The notes under the pieces are model-generated. The model searched no databases. It worked only from the letters and a program-made list of their open reading frames with translations, and had not been told where the DNA came from. A stretch of 64,000 nucleotides of DNA from contig CM052816.1 in assembly GCA_028534125.1 (NCBI GenBank), forward strand, positions 24,802,001-24,866,000, written 5' to 3'. Position numbers and translations under genes: made by a program. This stretch comes from Lama glama (lineage: Eukaryota). Shown here piece by piece: positions 63,346 to 64,000 of the stretch (positions are counted from its first letter, which is position 1; each line of letters starts with the position of its first letter).

Positions 63346-64000
63346 TAATCATATTTTTAAAAGAGTATATTAGCTATTTCATCACTTGCCGAATCACCCC
63401 TCTTCTCCTTTCCAAATTTCCTGCTCCAACCTTCCTCCCTAGACTTTGCCTGTATACCCTGCATCAATTCCATATTCTTTCTTTCCACCTTTCACTAGAC
63501 AAATTGAAATTCTTCAGCAATTCTTTTGAGGTCCTTCTGGCTGTAAGCTCTGTTGGATTCCTGGCCTCTAGCTTGTATTCTGATATGCAGAGCGATGGTT
63601 ACTACTGCCATTCTTCACAGCGAAAGCTTTGTTGTAGAATGTGCTGTGGAAGTTTGTGCCAGTGTCTTCCAGTGCCTTTCCATCATCTACGCTGGTATTT
63701 CCTTGAAATGTGGGGTCCTAGTTCTCAGTCCAGGCAGCTAGAATATTCCACCCATACTGTCTTTGGTATTTCATAAATGCTAAAAAAAAAAACAAATCAA
63801 TCAAACCTCAACTTTGAATTTCAACACAGACTTTTTGTGCCAGTGGTGGAAACAAGAGCTTTGAGAGAGAAGGTAATTCATTTATTTTTCGATACATAGT
63901 AGACTAGTTTGGGGGCAGCTTCCATACTTTGAAGTCCACAGCAACATTAGTTGTGTTATGTCCTAAACTGGACACAACCCAAATTGTGTTATATTTGTTT

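Noticed and set aside
63504..63776. 90-aa ORF
   Set aside because: Non-ATG start, no splice context, and partial resemblance to an ancient CR1/L3 element.

Overview
This is AT-rich mammalian genomic DNA. It is probably camelid, judged from a tRNA-derived SINE at ~39.4 kb with a camelid-type tail and from the young L1 3' ends. Much of the window is interspersed repeats (L1, L2, MIR, MaLR/ERVL/ERV1 LTRs, MER20, MER82), and there is a 500-N assembly gap. I find no intact protein-coding gene; the ORF track mostly reflects repeats or chance. Two structures stand out. (1) A decayed, multi-exon (unprocessed) gene on the minus strand spans ~49.4 kb to ~2 kb. It has a TATA-like promoter, a 55-nt signal-peptide exon, and about 10 further exons with GT-AG boundaries and largely compatible splice phases. 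The exons carry stops and frameshifts, and two large exons contain PA14-domain-like motifs. I cannot name the gene. (2) A young L1 at 10.6-12.8 kb carries a ~670-bp 3' transduction, bracketed by a target-site duplication. Repeat family names come from recalled consensus sequences, not a search, and repeat boundaries are approximate.
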